The notes under the pieces: generated by a model
Database searches by the model: none
What the model was told of the DNA's origin: nothing
The model's input: only the letters and a program-made list of their open reading frames with translations
Position numbers and translations under genes: made by a program
Shown: piece after piece, positions 7,536 through 16,009 of the stretch
How positions within the stretch are numbered: the stretch's first letter is position 1
How the letters are laid out: each line of letters opens with the position of its first letter
Assembly: GCF_000010065.1 (NCBI RefSeq)
Contig: NC_006576.1
Span: 570,001-602,000 of the forward strand
DNA: 32,000 bases
Source: Synechococcus elongatus PCC 6301
GTDB lineage: Bacteria > Cyanobacteriota > Cyanobacteriia > Synechococcales > Synechococcaceae
Direction of reading: 5' to 3'

Positions 7536-8420
7536 ATGACTGTCGCCATGGCTGCCGCGATCGCCCAGGATTGGCAATGGCAAGGGCACAAGATTCGCTG
7601 GACGGTGGCGGGCGAAGGTCAACCGCTGATCCTGCTCCATGGTTTTGGAGCCAATCTCGGCCACTGGCGCAAAAATATTCCTGCGATCGCTGCGGGGGGC
7701 TACCGAGTCTACGCCTTGGATCTACTCGGTTTTGGCGCGTCCGATAAACCTGATCGCGACTACAGCCTCGACCTCTGGGCAGAATTGGTCAACGACTTTT
7801 GGACGACGCACATCCAGCAGCCGGCTTGGGTGGTCGGCAATTCGATTGGCGCCCTGCTGAGCCTGATGTTGTTGGTGGATCAGCCCGATCGCTGGCGGGG
7901 CGGCGTCTTGCTCAACTGTGCTGGTGGTCTCAACCATCGCCCCGAGGAAATGATCTGGCCCTTGGGTTGGGTGATGAGCAGTTTTGCCAAAGTCGTCAAT
8001 ACGCCCAAGATTGGCCCATTTTTGTTCAATCAAGTCCGCCAGCGCTTTCGCATCCGGCAGACGCTGCGGCAGGTTTACGGCAATCGCAACGCAGTGACCG
8101 AGGAGCTGGTTGACTTGCTCTACGGCCCCTCCTGCGATCCCGGAGCTTACGAAGTCTTTGCCGCAATTTTGCGATCGCCCGCTGGCCCCTCGCCTCAAGA
8201 GCTGTTGCCACAACTACAGCGGCCGTTGTTGGTGATTTGGGGTGAGGCAGATCCTTGGACGCCCGTCTCTGCGAGCAAAATTTTCCAGACGGCGGACAGC
8301 GAGGCGGTGATTGAGTACCTAACGTTGCCGGCGACGGGGCATTGCCCCCACGATGAGCGACCGGAGTTGGTCAATCCGCTGATTTTGAATTGGCTGGATC
8401 GCCAAGCGATCGCGGCTTAA
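7536..8420 (+). CDS. alpha/beta-fold hydrolase
   Basis: The track ORF 7368..8420 starts at a TTG, and the ATG at 7536 gives MTVAMAAAIAQDWQWQGHKIRW. Motifs are LILLHGFGA (oxyanion region), VVGNSIGA (G-x-S-x-G nucleophile elbow) and GHCPHDE (catalytic His). The substrate cannot be inferred. Confidence 0.85.
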   Translation: MTVAMAAAIAQDWQWQGHKIRWTVAGEGQPLILLHGFGANLGHWRKNIPAIAAGGYRVYALDLLGFGASDKPDRDYSLDLWAELVNDFWTTHIQQPAWVVGNSIGALLSLMLLVDQPDRWRGGVLLNCAGGLNHRPEEMIWPLGWVMSSFAKVVNTPKIGPFLFNQVRQRFRIRQTLRQVYGNRNAVTEELVDLLYGPSCDPGAYEVFAAILRSPAGPSPQELLPQLQRPLLVIWGEADPWTPVSASKIFQTADSEAVIEYLTLPATGHCPHDERPELVNPLILNWLDRQAIAA

Positions 8421-8458
8421 GACAGGCTCTGCTGGTTGAGAGATCCGAGCTTTCTGTC

Positions 8459-8514
8459 CGTGGGGGTGTTTGCGCACCCTCACACCCACGCACTGGGGGA
8501 CTCGACTCCCCCAG
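8459..8514. terminator. two adjacent GC-rich hairpins between convergent genes (possible bidirectional terminator)
   Basis: Hairpin 1 pairs CGTGGG (8459-8464) with CCCACG (8485-8490) and has an inner GGTG/CACC stem. Hairpin 2 pairs CTGGGGGA (8493-8500) with TCCCCCAG (8507-8514) around a 6-nt loop. No clear U-tract follows on either strand. Confidence 0.3.
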
Positions 8515-8689
8515 CCCCCCGCAACAAGATTTCGGGTAGGACTGATCGGTAGGGAAGCGATCGTGGCGGGTAAGACTAACCGATGTTGATCGCTGGTGAG
8601 AGGCTCTGTGAATCGGGTAGTAGCGTCCTAACTGTTCCAATCAATGAAATAAGTTTCTCTGGCTTCTGGTGGATGAGGAGGCAGTCTGC

Positions 8690-8953
8690 TCAAGCGCCGC
8701 TGAGGTCGCCGCGACTGTTGAGGATGCGGCCCGCGATCGTTTCTGGCTGCAGGGCGGAGAGAATCACATGGCCTGAATCGGCGATCAGAACTGCCTTTGT
8801 GCGCCGACCGCAGGTGACATCGACGAGTTGCCCACGTTCGCGGGCTTCACTCACTGTGCGCCGGATCGGAGCGGAGTCAGGACTGACGATTGCAATCAGG
8901 CGATCGGCGGCGACAAAGTTACCGAAACCGGCGTTGAGTAAGGCTTGAGCCAT
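8690..8953 (-). CDS. remA: RemA-family (DUF370) DNA-binding protein
   Basis: The ATG at 8953 within track ORF 8690..9004 gives [76 protein letters not shown]. From memory, this is colinear with Bacillus RemA (INIGFGN...IVSPESAPIKR...GRRTRAV...ILSAVQPET). Confidence 0.8.
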   Translation of the reverse strand: MAQALLNAGFGNFVAADRLIAIVSPDSAPIRRTVSEARERGQLVDVTCGRRTKAVLIADSGHVILSALQPETIAGRILNSRGDLSGA

Positions 8954-9078
8954 TGTTGAAGTGGTCGGGGGCAGTGGCCCCATCCTAGGAGCTGTCTGTT
9001 CCATGGGCCCTAGGTCAGCCCAAAGCTGAGGCTCCCGCTGGCCTGATAGGCTGGCATCAGTCTGCCTGCCGAAGTCCC

Positions 9079-10833
9079 ATGCAACCTGTCGATTACACCA
9101 CGTTGGTCGCGGTCTGCCGGGAACTCCAAACAGCGGTTGTGCCGGCTCGGCTCGAACAGGTCTATCAACGCGATCGCTTCAGTCTGTCTCTCGGTCTGCG
9201 GACCATGAGCGATCGCCCCTGGCTGTTGCTGTCGTGGCATCCAGAAGCTGCGCGACTGCATTTAGATACGCCGCCACCCCGCGATCCTGACACCTTTACT
9301 CTCAGTCAACAGCTGCAAGCGGTGTTGAAGGGATTTGCCCTGATCGATCTGCACATTCCACAGCCCTGGGAGCGCATTGTGACGCTCTCCTTTGGCGATC
9401 GCCCAGGAGATCCGCCGCGCTTTCGGCTGTTACTAGAGGTGATGGGCAAGTACAGCAACCTCGTCCTCGTCAATGGCGACAGTGAGATTGTGACGGTGGC
9501 GCATCAGGTCAGCGATCGCCAGTCGCGCTTGCGCACGGTACGCACGGGTGAACCTTACGAGTGGCCACCAGCGCTGACGACGCCAATTCCCGATTTGGAT
9601 GAACCCTTCGATCGCTGGTGCGAACGCCTACAACTCGTGCCAGGACGCCTCGATCGCCAGTTGATTCAGTGCTATCGCGGCCTCAGTAGTCGCTTGGTGC
9701 AGCAGCTTTGTCGTCAAGCGGATTTGGATCCGCAGCAGAATACAGCAGCGATCGCCCCGGCTGCGTGGCAGCAGTTGTACGGGGCTTGGCAGGATTGGTT
9801 GCGAGGCTTACAGGCTGAGACTGCTTTTCAGCCCCAGTTGCAAGAGTCGGGCTATCGCCTCTTGCCCACAGGGCCAGACTCTGCCAATAGCGTCAACGCG
9901 GTGATTGCCACCTACTACGATCGCCAGCTGCTCTCGCAACAATTTCAGCAACTCCGTCAGCAACTGTCGCAACGATTGCAACAACAGCAGCAGAAACTGC
10001 AGCAAAAACAACAGGATTTTCAAGGTCGATTACTAGCGGCGGAAGATGCCGATCGCTGGCGGCAGCAGGGCGATTTGCTGATGGCTTCCCTTGATCAGTG
10101 GCAGCCTGGCATGGAGTCTCTAACCTTGCCAGATTTTGAGACGGGCAAGCCGCAGCAGCTTCAGCTCGATCCGGCCTTGAATGCGGTGCAAAATGCCCAG
10201 CGTTTCTATCGCCGGCACCAAAAAGCCAAGCGATCGCGGCAGGCGGTTTTACCGTTGCTGGCAGAAGTAGAAGCTGAACTACGCTATCTCGACAGCATCG
10301 CGACGGCTTTAGCTCCGCTACAAACGGCCCAGACCCGTGCCGATTGGTTGGCACTGCAGGATATTCGTGAGGAGCTGGCACAACAAGGCTACTGGCCTTA
10401 CAAGACCGATCGCCCCAGACCAACGCGATCGCAACCTGATTTTCTGCGCTACCAAAGCCCCAGCGGCTATGAAGTTTGGGTGGGGCGCAACAATCGCCAG
10501 AACGAAATCCTCACCTTCCAAAGCGCCACGGATTACGATCTCTGGTTTCACGCCCAAGAAATTCCCGGCAGTCACGTCCTGCTGCGCTTACCCGCAGGCG
10601 ATCGCCCCGATCCAGTTGACCTTCAGTTCAGCGCTGATCTGGCAGCACTCCACAGTCGCGCAGCTCAAGCCGATCAAGTGCCCGTCGTTTGGACGGAACC
10701 GCGCAATGTCTGGAAGCCAAAGGGTGCCCATCCGGGTATGGTGCTCTACCGGCAGGAGCGAGTGATTTGGGCTCAGCCCCAACAGCGGCGATCGCAACTC
10801 ACTGATAACGTAGCGTTATCAACCGCTAGGTAA
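9079..10833 (+). CDS. NFACT-family protein (fibronectin-binding protein A / RqcH-like ribosome quality-control factor)
   Basis: 584 aa. The N-terminus is NFACT-N-like ([17 protein letters not shown]...[10 protein letters not shown]). The middle is a Gln-rich coiled coil ([23 protein letters not shown]). The C-terminal module is NFACT-R/DUF814-like ([18 protein letters not shown]...[16 protein letters not shown]). Confidence 0.85.
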   Translation: MQPVDYTTLVAVCRELQTAVVPARLEQVYQRDRFSLSLGLRTMSDRPWLLLSWHPEAARLHLDTPPPRDPDTFTLSQQLQAVLKGFALIDLHIPQPWERIVTLSFGDRPGDPPRFRLLLEVMGKYSNLVLVNGDSEIVTVAHQVSDRQSRLRTVRTGEPYEWPPALTTPIPDLDEPFDRWCERLQLVPGRLDRQLIQCYRGLSSRLVQQLCRQADLDPQQNTAAIAPAAWQQLYGAWQDWLRGLQAETAFQPQLQESGYRLLPTGPDSANSVNAVIATYYDRQLLSQQFQQLRQQLSQRLQQQQQKLQQKQQDFQGRLLAAEDADRWRQQGDLLMASLDQWQPGMESLTLPDFETGKPQQLQLDPALNAVQNAQRFYRRHQKAKRSRQAVLPLLAEVEAELRYLDSIATALAPLQTAQTRADWLALQDIREELAQQGYWPYKTDRPRPTRSQPDFLRYQSPSGYEVWVGRNNRQNEILTFQSATDYDLWFHAQEIPGSHVLLRLPAGDRPDPVDLQFSADLAALHSRAAQADQVPVVWTEPRNVWKPKGAHPGMVLYRQERVIWAQPQQRRSQLTDNVALSTAR

Positions 10834-10984
10834 TTATCCCTAAATCCCTATGAGCTGAAAACGTAGCCACGATTACACTCTTGTTACACTTGAGTCATAA
10901 GGGTACTCCCAAGCTTTGCAGGGGCTGTCTGAGGATTGGGACCACAGCACGGCCACCCACCTGTATCAACTTCATTCAATCAGT

Positions 10985-11011
10985 AAGGTCAGCGCCAGCG
11001 CTGGCCTTTTT
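10985..11011 (+). terminator. rho-independent terminator
   Basis: AAGGTCAGCG-CCAG-CGCTGGCCTT forms a 10-bp stem with one G-U pair and a 4-nt loop, and runs into TTTTT. It lies 152 nt downstream of the NFACT stop codon. Confidence 0.7.
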
Positions 11012-11103
11012 GTTCATCACTATTGCGAGCATCAATCGAATAGCAATCGTGCTGGCCCAACTCAGGCTATATCGTTACTGGATTGACACTCAATATTTCC
11101 CTT

Positions 11104-11133
11104 CTAGAAAGAATGGTTACTCTCTGGAGTAAC
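11104..11133 (-). terminator. probable rho-independent terminator of the TPR gene
   Basis: The minus strand reads GTTACTC-CAGA-GAGTAAC (7-bp stem at 11116-11133) followed by CATTCTTTCT. It sits 33 nt downstream of the stop codon obtained once the TPR frameshift is repaired. Confidence 0.5.
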
Positions 11134-11165
11134 AGACAATTGCAGGTCGGCATGATCAATGCAGC

Positions 11166-11637
11166 CTAGGATAGCCGGGCTGTGCATTCCAGAATCAAGC
11201 GTTGGTTGATCAGAGCGTAGGGCTGGATCTCAAGGGCGGCGCGAAAAGCAGTGATCGCCTCTCGATACTGACCGAGGGGCTGCCAAGCTCAATCCCTTGC
11301 CGTGCAAAGCCCCAAAGTGAATGGGGTTGAGGTCGATGACGCGATCGCAATCTTCCAAGGACTCGGAATAGCGCCCTTGCAAGTAGTGCAGAACCGCACG
11401 ACGGTTCCACGCTTCAGCAAAGTCTGGCAGTTGGTTAATCAAGTCACTTAAGAGTTGCTCCGCCTCTGCCATTTCACCAGCAGTCATCAGCACTTCCGCC
11501 CGCTGTAGCCCATTCAGACCATAGGTTCCTTTCTGGCGATACCAGCGCTGCCAAAGTTGCTGAGTGGCGCGATCGCGCACTTGAGGTTCAGTGTCTTTGA
11601 GATCCGACAGCAGCGCTGCCAAGCTAGGGTCTTCCAT
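11166..11637 (-). pseudogene. TPR-repeat protein with an apparent 1-nt frameshift near the 3' end
   Basis: The likely start is the ATG at 11637 (MEDPSLAALLSDLKD...). As read, the frame ends ...ALHGKGLSLAAPRSVSRGDHCFSRRP at 11230. Removing one G from the GGGG run at 11276-11279 gives ...GKGLSLAALGQYREAITAFRAALEIQPYALINQRLILECTARLS with a stop at 11166, which is a canonical TPR helix pair. Confidence 0.6.
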
Positions 11638-11706
11638 CCGTGTCTTGGTGGGGTTGCTAGGTGCCCGGAGCTCAGCCGGCGTCGCCCACAGCTTATCAAC
11701 AACGAG

Positions 11707-12699
11707 ATGGGTGATGATCAGAGCGATCGCCTCCGCTGTGCGGGTTTGCCCTTGAAATTTCCTGTTTCGCTGCAACTAGCGATCGCCACAGCCCTGTGGG
11801 GTGGCACCTTTACGGCTGGTCGAATTGCGGTGCAGCAACTGTCGCCCTTGGCTGTCGCTTGCGGTCGCTATCTGTTGGCAACCACCGTGCTGCTGCTGAT
11901 TCTTTGGCAGCGAGAGGGCTGGCCCCCACTGAATCGCCGTCAGCAGCTATTGCTATTCGGCTTGGGCGTGAGCGGCATTGCCCTCTACAACTGGCTGTTT
12001 TTCATTGGCCTCAGCCTCATTCCCGCCAGTCGCGCGGCACTGATCATTGCCCTCAATCCAACCGCGATCGCACTGGGAGCGGCGATCTGGACTGGCGATC
12101 GCCTGCGATCGTGGCAGTGGGCTGGGGTAGGTCTGTCGTTGATCGGCGCAATCCTGCTTTTGGGTAGCCGTCAGGCTGGAGCACTGACGCTACCGGGCTG
12201 GGGTGATCTGGCCTTAGTTGGCTGTGTCCTCTGCTGGACGGTCTACAGCCTGCTAGCTCGACAGGCCCTGCGATCGCTCAGTCCTCTGACCGTCACGACT
12301 GGTGCTTGCTGCTGGGGCAGTGTTTTGCTGATCGGACTCTGGCTTGGGCAAGGGGCACAGCTGCCAGTCAACGTCTCGTTCTCGACTGGATCAGCGATCG
12401 CGTTTCTCGGTCTGGGTGGGACTGCCCTAGCCTTTTGTTTGTATGCCAATGGCATCGAGCGCTTGGGGGCAGCGCGGGCCGGTCTGTTTATCAACCTTGT
12501 GCCCGTGTTTGGTAGTGCGATCGGAGCGCTGTTGCTGCAGGAACCGCTCTCGGGTTTGACGCTACTCGGGGGCTTGCTGGTCTTGGCAGGGGTCGGTCTG
12601 GGTACGTTGCAGCGATTGCAACCGGTACCAATCTCAACGACAGAACCAGTGGGAGGCGATCGATCACCGGGCCCGCCAGCCCTTGGGCACGATCGCTAA
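11707..12699 (+). CDS. EamA/DMT-superfamily permease
   Basis: The first third of track ORF 11557..12699 runs antisense through the TPR gene. The ATG at 11707, or alternatively the TTG at 11752, precedes LQLAIATALWGGTFTAGRIAV. The sequence has the pattern of two EamA repeats and about 10 hydrophobic helices. Confidence 0.85.
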   Translation: MGDDQSDRLRCAGLPLKFPVSLQLAIATALWGGTFTAGRIAVQQLSPLAVACGRYLLATTVLLLILWQREGWPPLNRRQQLLLFGLGVSGIALYNWLFFIGLSLIPASRAALIIALNPTAIALGAAIWTGDRLRSWQWAGVGLSLIGAILLLGSRQAGALTLPGWGDLALVGCVLCWTVYSLLARQALRSLSPLTVTTGACCWGSVLLIGLWLGQGAQLPVNVSFSTGSAIAFLGLGGTALAFCLYANGIERLGAARAGLFINLVPVFGSAIGALLLQEPLSGLTLLGGLLVLAGVGLGTLQRLQPVPISTTEPVGGDRSPGPPALGHDR

Positions 12700-12718
12700 G
12701 ATCAGGAAAAACGCTGCC

Positions 12719-12964
12719 GTGATTGATGCGTTTAGCGCCGAGCCACCGCCCTGGGCTAAATCAGCCCGTCACTCCCTGACTTTTAGCTGTCCGGTCTGTG
12801 ACGCTTCGGCACGGGCCGCAGAGAGCGCCTGGATCAATCGCCGATCGCCCGTCTATGGCTCCGACGGCCGTCGCAAATGGCAAGAGTTTTATCACTGCAG
12901 CTGTGGTTGCAGTTGGTGGAGCTGGAGTAGCGATCGCCCTGCTCCGTCAACTGAGGAGTCTTGA
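12719..12964 (+). CDS. small Cys-rich (zinc-ribbon-like) hypothetical protein
   Basis: The GTG at 12719 is preceded by AGGA about 12 nt upstream. The Cys pattern is CPVC ... CSCGC. The stop codon lies 3 nt before the DUF1350 ATG. The start is uncertain, since the track uses the TTG at 12683. Confidence 0.5.
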   Translation: MIDAFSAEPPPWAKSARHSLTFSCPVCDASARAAESAWINRRSPVYGSDGRRKWQEFYHCSCGCSWWSWSSDRPAPSTEES

Positions 12965-12967
12965 CCA

Positions 12968-13756
12968 ATGGCAACCCCACTCTGGCAAACGATTTACAAC
13001 AATGCAGTGCTCTTGCCCGAGTCGCCCAAGGCAATCGTGCATTTCTTGGGTGGAGCATTCATTGCAGCTGCGCCTCAGGTGACTTATCGCCGCTTGTTGG
13101 AAGGCTTGGGCGATCGTGGTTTTGCGGTGATTGCCACGCCGTTTATCAACACCTTCGACCACACGACTCTGGCCGATGAGGTCGGCCGCAGCTACCGCTT
13201 AGCCTACGAGCGCCTCCTCGCCTTGGGGCTGATATCGCCAGAACTGCCGATCTTTGGAGTCGGTCACAGCATGGGCAGTAAGTTGCATTTGCTGATGGGT
13301 TGCGCCCAAACCAGCGATCGCCGTGGCAATGTCTTACTGGCCTTCAACAATTACTCAGCGCGGCGATCGATTCCGCTACTGGGGCAGTTAGCACCAGCGT
13401 TGGATGTCACGGTCGAGTTTTCACCTTCGCCAGCTCGTACCCTGCGCTTGATCCGCGATCGCTATAGCGTGGCGAATAATCTGCTGGTCAAATTCCGCAA
13501 TGACGAAATTGACCAGACCCGCGATCTGATTGGGGCATTACGCGATCGCTTCCCTGAAACGAGTGAATGGCTGCGCCTGTCGGGTAATCACCTGACGCCG
13601 GTGGGGCAATCTCTGCCGCAGCAAACCGGCTTGGCTTGGTTGGATGGCGTTTCGCAGTTGGCCAGTCGGGAGTTGGGGCGTGATTTAGAGGTTGTGACGA
13701 CCGCGATCGCGGACTGGTGCGATCGCCAGCTCACAGCGCCGGCAACGGTGGTCTAG
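12968..13756 (+). CDS. DUF1350-family protein (alpha/beta-hydrolase-like, cyanobacteria/plastid lineage)
   Basis: 262 aa. The sequence LPESPKAIVHFLGGAFIAAAPQVTYRRLLEGLGDRGFAVIATPF and the GHSMGSK nucleophile-elbow-like motif support the assignment. Confidence 0.75.
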   Translation: MATPLWQTIYNNAVLLPESPKAIVHFLGGAFIAAAPQVTYRRLLEGLGDRGFAVIATPFINTFDHTTLADEVGRSYRLAYERLLALGLISPELPIFGVGHSMGSKLHLLMGCAQTSDRRGNVLLAFNNYSARRSIPLLGQLAPALDVTVEFSPSPARTLRLIRDRYSVANNLLVKFRNDEIDQTRDLIGALRDRFPETSEWLRLSGNHLTPVGQSLPQQTGLAWLDGVSQLASRELGRDLEVVTTAIADWCDRQLTAPATVV

Positions 13757-15074
13757 CCGCGAATAATTGACGGACGGCAGTGCGATCGAGTTTGCCCTGG
13801 CTCGTGCGGGGTAAAGCGCTGCAGTTCAGCCATTGCTTAGGGTGCTTGTAGGGTGCAAGCTCCGGCGCGATCGCAGCTTTGAGTTGTTCCGGCGTCACAG
13901 CTTGTTGCTGAGGCACATAGGCTGCGGCCACCACTTCCCCCCAGTCAGGATCAGCCAAACCCACAACACAGACTTCTCGAACCAGACCACTGTTGTAGAG
14001 CACCGTTTCTACTTCCAGTGGCCAAATTTTCTCGCCACCACTGAGGATGCGATCGCCCTGTCGCCCCAGTAAAATCAGGCTGTGATCCGCTGACCATTCG
14101 CCACGATCGCCGCTCTGCCAAAAGCCCTGGGCATCGATGATCGGCTCTACTTGGCCCGGCCCCTGCCAGTAGCCCAAGGCCAAACTGGGGGATTGAATCG
14201 CTACGGTTCGATCGGCATTGAGTTGGATCATGACGCCCGGTAGCGGTTTTCCGACGCCGCGAGAAACTGCCAAAAACTGCTGTGGGAAAAGAACGCTAAT
14301 GAAAGCAGCCGTTTCGGTCGCGCCGTAGCAAGGCGCGATCGGGAGTTGTAGGTTCTGCGCCTGCTGGAGCAGGGTCGGCCAAGCTGGTGCGCCTCCCAGC
14401 AAAATCAGCAATCGCTGCTGGAGCCACTGCGATCGCAGCGGTAACAAGCGCTGTAACTGAGTCGGTACCAACGACAGGACAGCCTCAGAACAGGTTGGCA
14501 AGCATTCCGCGGATTGCAGCTCGGACCAAGGCAGCAGCCAGAGCGGGCCACCCGTCACTAAACTGCGCACCGCCACCATCAAGCCGCTGACATGGTGCAG
14601 AGGCAGGCTACAGATGCCTGCGATCGCTTGACCGTCAATTAGGGGCGATCGCTGAAATGCCAAAGCAGCTGCCGTCAGTCGCTCCCAAGTCTGCACCGCA
14701 AAGCGCAACCCGCCACTACTTCCTCCCGTCGCAATGCCAATCCAGCCCGTCTCAAGGGGATCGGCAATGCCCACAGAAGTCGCGATCGGAGCCTCGCCCC
14801 AAATCTGCTGCGGCTGTAGTTGCGTGGCGATCGCCTCCCATTCCTGCCGCCGCCAATGTGGGTTACCGAGGATGACCGGCCAACCAGCACTGACGGCTGC
14901 AATCCAGTCAGCAAGATAGGCGATCGCATCTGTATGAACGATCAACACCCGCTGAGCTGGACGTCCTTGCAGACTCAGCCAGCGCTGCTCTGCCAACTGT
15001 CCAAGGCGATCGCCCTGACCACTGGCTAACCAATCGGGTCCCCAGCAGGTCAATAGTTCTAGGGGTGTTGCCAT
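13731..15074 (-). CDS. menE: O-succinylbenzoate-CoA ligase (adenylate-forming enzyme)
   Basis: AMP-binding motifs are IATGGSSGGLRFAV, YGATE, SGDRG and LPRTSQGKLDR. The gene lies immediately downstream of menC. The start is either the ATG at 15074 (MATPLELL) or the one at 15101, and both overlap the menC 3' end. Confidence 0.8.
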   Translation of the reverse strand: MATPLELLTCWGPDWLASGQGDRLGQLAEQRWLSLQGRPAQRVLIVHTDAIAYLADWIAAVSAGWPVILGNPHWRRQEWEAIATQLQPQQIWGEAPIATSVGIADPLETGWIGIATGGSSGGLRFAVQTWERLTAAALAFQRSPLIDGQAIAGICSLPLHHVSGLMVAVRSLVTGGPLWLLPWSELQSAECLPTCSEAVLSLVPTQLQRLLPLRSQWLQQRLLILLGGAPAWPTLLQQAQNLQLPIAPCYGATETAAFISVLFPQQFLAVSRGVGKPLPGVMIQLNADRTVAIQSPSLALGYWQGPGQVEPIIDAQGFWQSGDRGEWSADHSLILLGRQGDRILSGGEKIWPLEVETVLYNSGLVREVCVVGLADPDWGEVVAAAYVPQQQAVTPEQLKAAIAPELAPYKHPKQWLNCSALPRTSQGKLDRTAVRQLFAARPPLPAL

Positions 15075-16009
15075 AGGGCTGCTGCGGTCTTGCTCTCCCA
15101 ATCATCGGTAAACCAAGCGGTAGTTCCCAAGCCCTGGGCTTGATCGGCTCGCCCCAGTTGCGCCGCGATCGCGGCAACCGCTCGCCAACCAATGGGACTT
15201 TCAAACATTGATGAGACCACGACGGGCAGGTGATGCACCTGACAAAACTGCCGGACGGTTTGGGGCCAGCCCGCGATCGCCGGTTTGAGGACATAAAGTC
15301 CGGGCCAGCCTTGGGCCTGCCAAAACTGCAGGGATGACAGCTGACTCACTGATTCATCCAACGCGATCGCGACCAGCGGCCAGTCCTGCACGAGTTGGAG
15401 AAGGTCATCGACTTGACTAGGATCCAGCGGTTGCTCTAGCCACTCAATCCGACCAGACCGACGTTCGTTAATCGCAGTCAGCACTTGTAGCAAGCGATCA
15501 GCTTGTGCTTTGGTCAGACCGCCATTGGCATCCAGCCGCAGCTTTGCTGCTGAGGGTAACAGGCGATCGAGTTGCGGAAGAAGATCTAGTTCGCTTTCCA
15601 GATCCAGACCGATTTTCCACTTGTAGGTGGTGGCAGGCGATGCCGTCGCGATCGCGGTCAAAGCAGCAGCCCCAGCAGGTAGCAGCACCGCACTGGTCGG
15701 GAGAAAGTCAGTAGCGTTCGATTCCCGCAGGCAACCAAAGCCAAACTGACAAGCTGGCAGCGAGTCGGGCGCCGTGGCGAGATCCTCCCACTCAGGGTCT
15801 GGGGGAAAAGCCTCGCAGAAAGCGATCGCCTCTGCCAAAGTCTCACTGCCGAAGGAGGGCCAAGGCGCAATTTCGCCCCAGCGGACTTCCGTGTCGGTTT
15901 CGAGGCGCAACCAAATCCCCAATCGCACCGTGATCTGGGCATCCCGCGCAGTACGGAGGGGTTGCCGCAAGCGGCGCTGATAGGGCCGAAACGCGAACCG
16001 AAAACTCAT
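15059..16009 (-). CDS. menC: o-succinylbenzoate synthase (enolase superfamily)
   Basis: 316 aa. Motifs are YKWKIG (K-x-K), LRLDANGGL, IEWLEQP and ALDES, which fit the metal-ligand pattern of the MR/MLE-type enolase superfamily. Confidence 0.8.
   Translation of the reverse strand: MSFRFAFRPYQRRLRQPLRTARDAQITVRLGIWLRLETDTEVRWGEIAPWPSFGSETLAEAIAFCEAFPPDPEWEDLATAPDSLPACQFGFGCLRESNATDFLPTSAVLLPAGAAALTAIATASPATTYKWKIGLDLESELDLLPQLDRLLPSAAKLRLDANGGLTKAQADRLLQVLTAINERRSGRIEWLEQPLDPSQVDDLLQLVQDWPLVAIALDESVSQLSSLQFWQAQGWPGLYVLKPAIAGWPQTVRQFCQVHHLPVVVSSMFESPIGWRAVAAIAAQLGRADQAQGLGTTAWFTDDWESKTAAALWQHP

Noticed and set aside
10804-10820. A perfect 7-bp inverted repeat, GATAACG-TAG-CGTTATC, in the last codons of the NFACT gene.
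   Set aside because: It is short, lies inside coding sequence and has no following T-tract. It is plausibly a chance occurrence and I cannot assign a function.
10863-10876. A perfect NtcA-type palindrome, GTA-N8-TAC (GTAGCCACGATTAC), upstream of the candidate sRNA.
   Set aside because: A 6-base-specified motif is expected by chance several times in 32 kb. No good TAN3T -10 box sits at the canonical distance of about 22 nt, where the closest match is TAAGGG. It is noted only as a weak lead.
10881-11132. Track ORF of 83 aa on the plus strand in the NFACT/TPR spacer.
   Set aside because: It starts at a TTG, reads straight through a strong intrinsic terminator at 10985-11011, and has no recognisable family.
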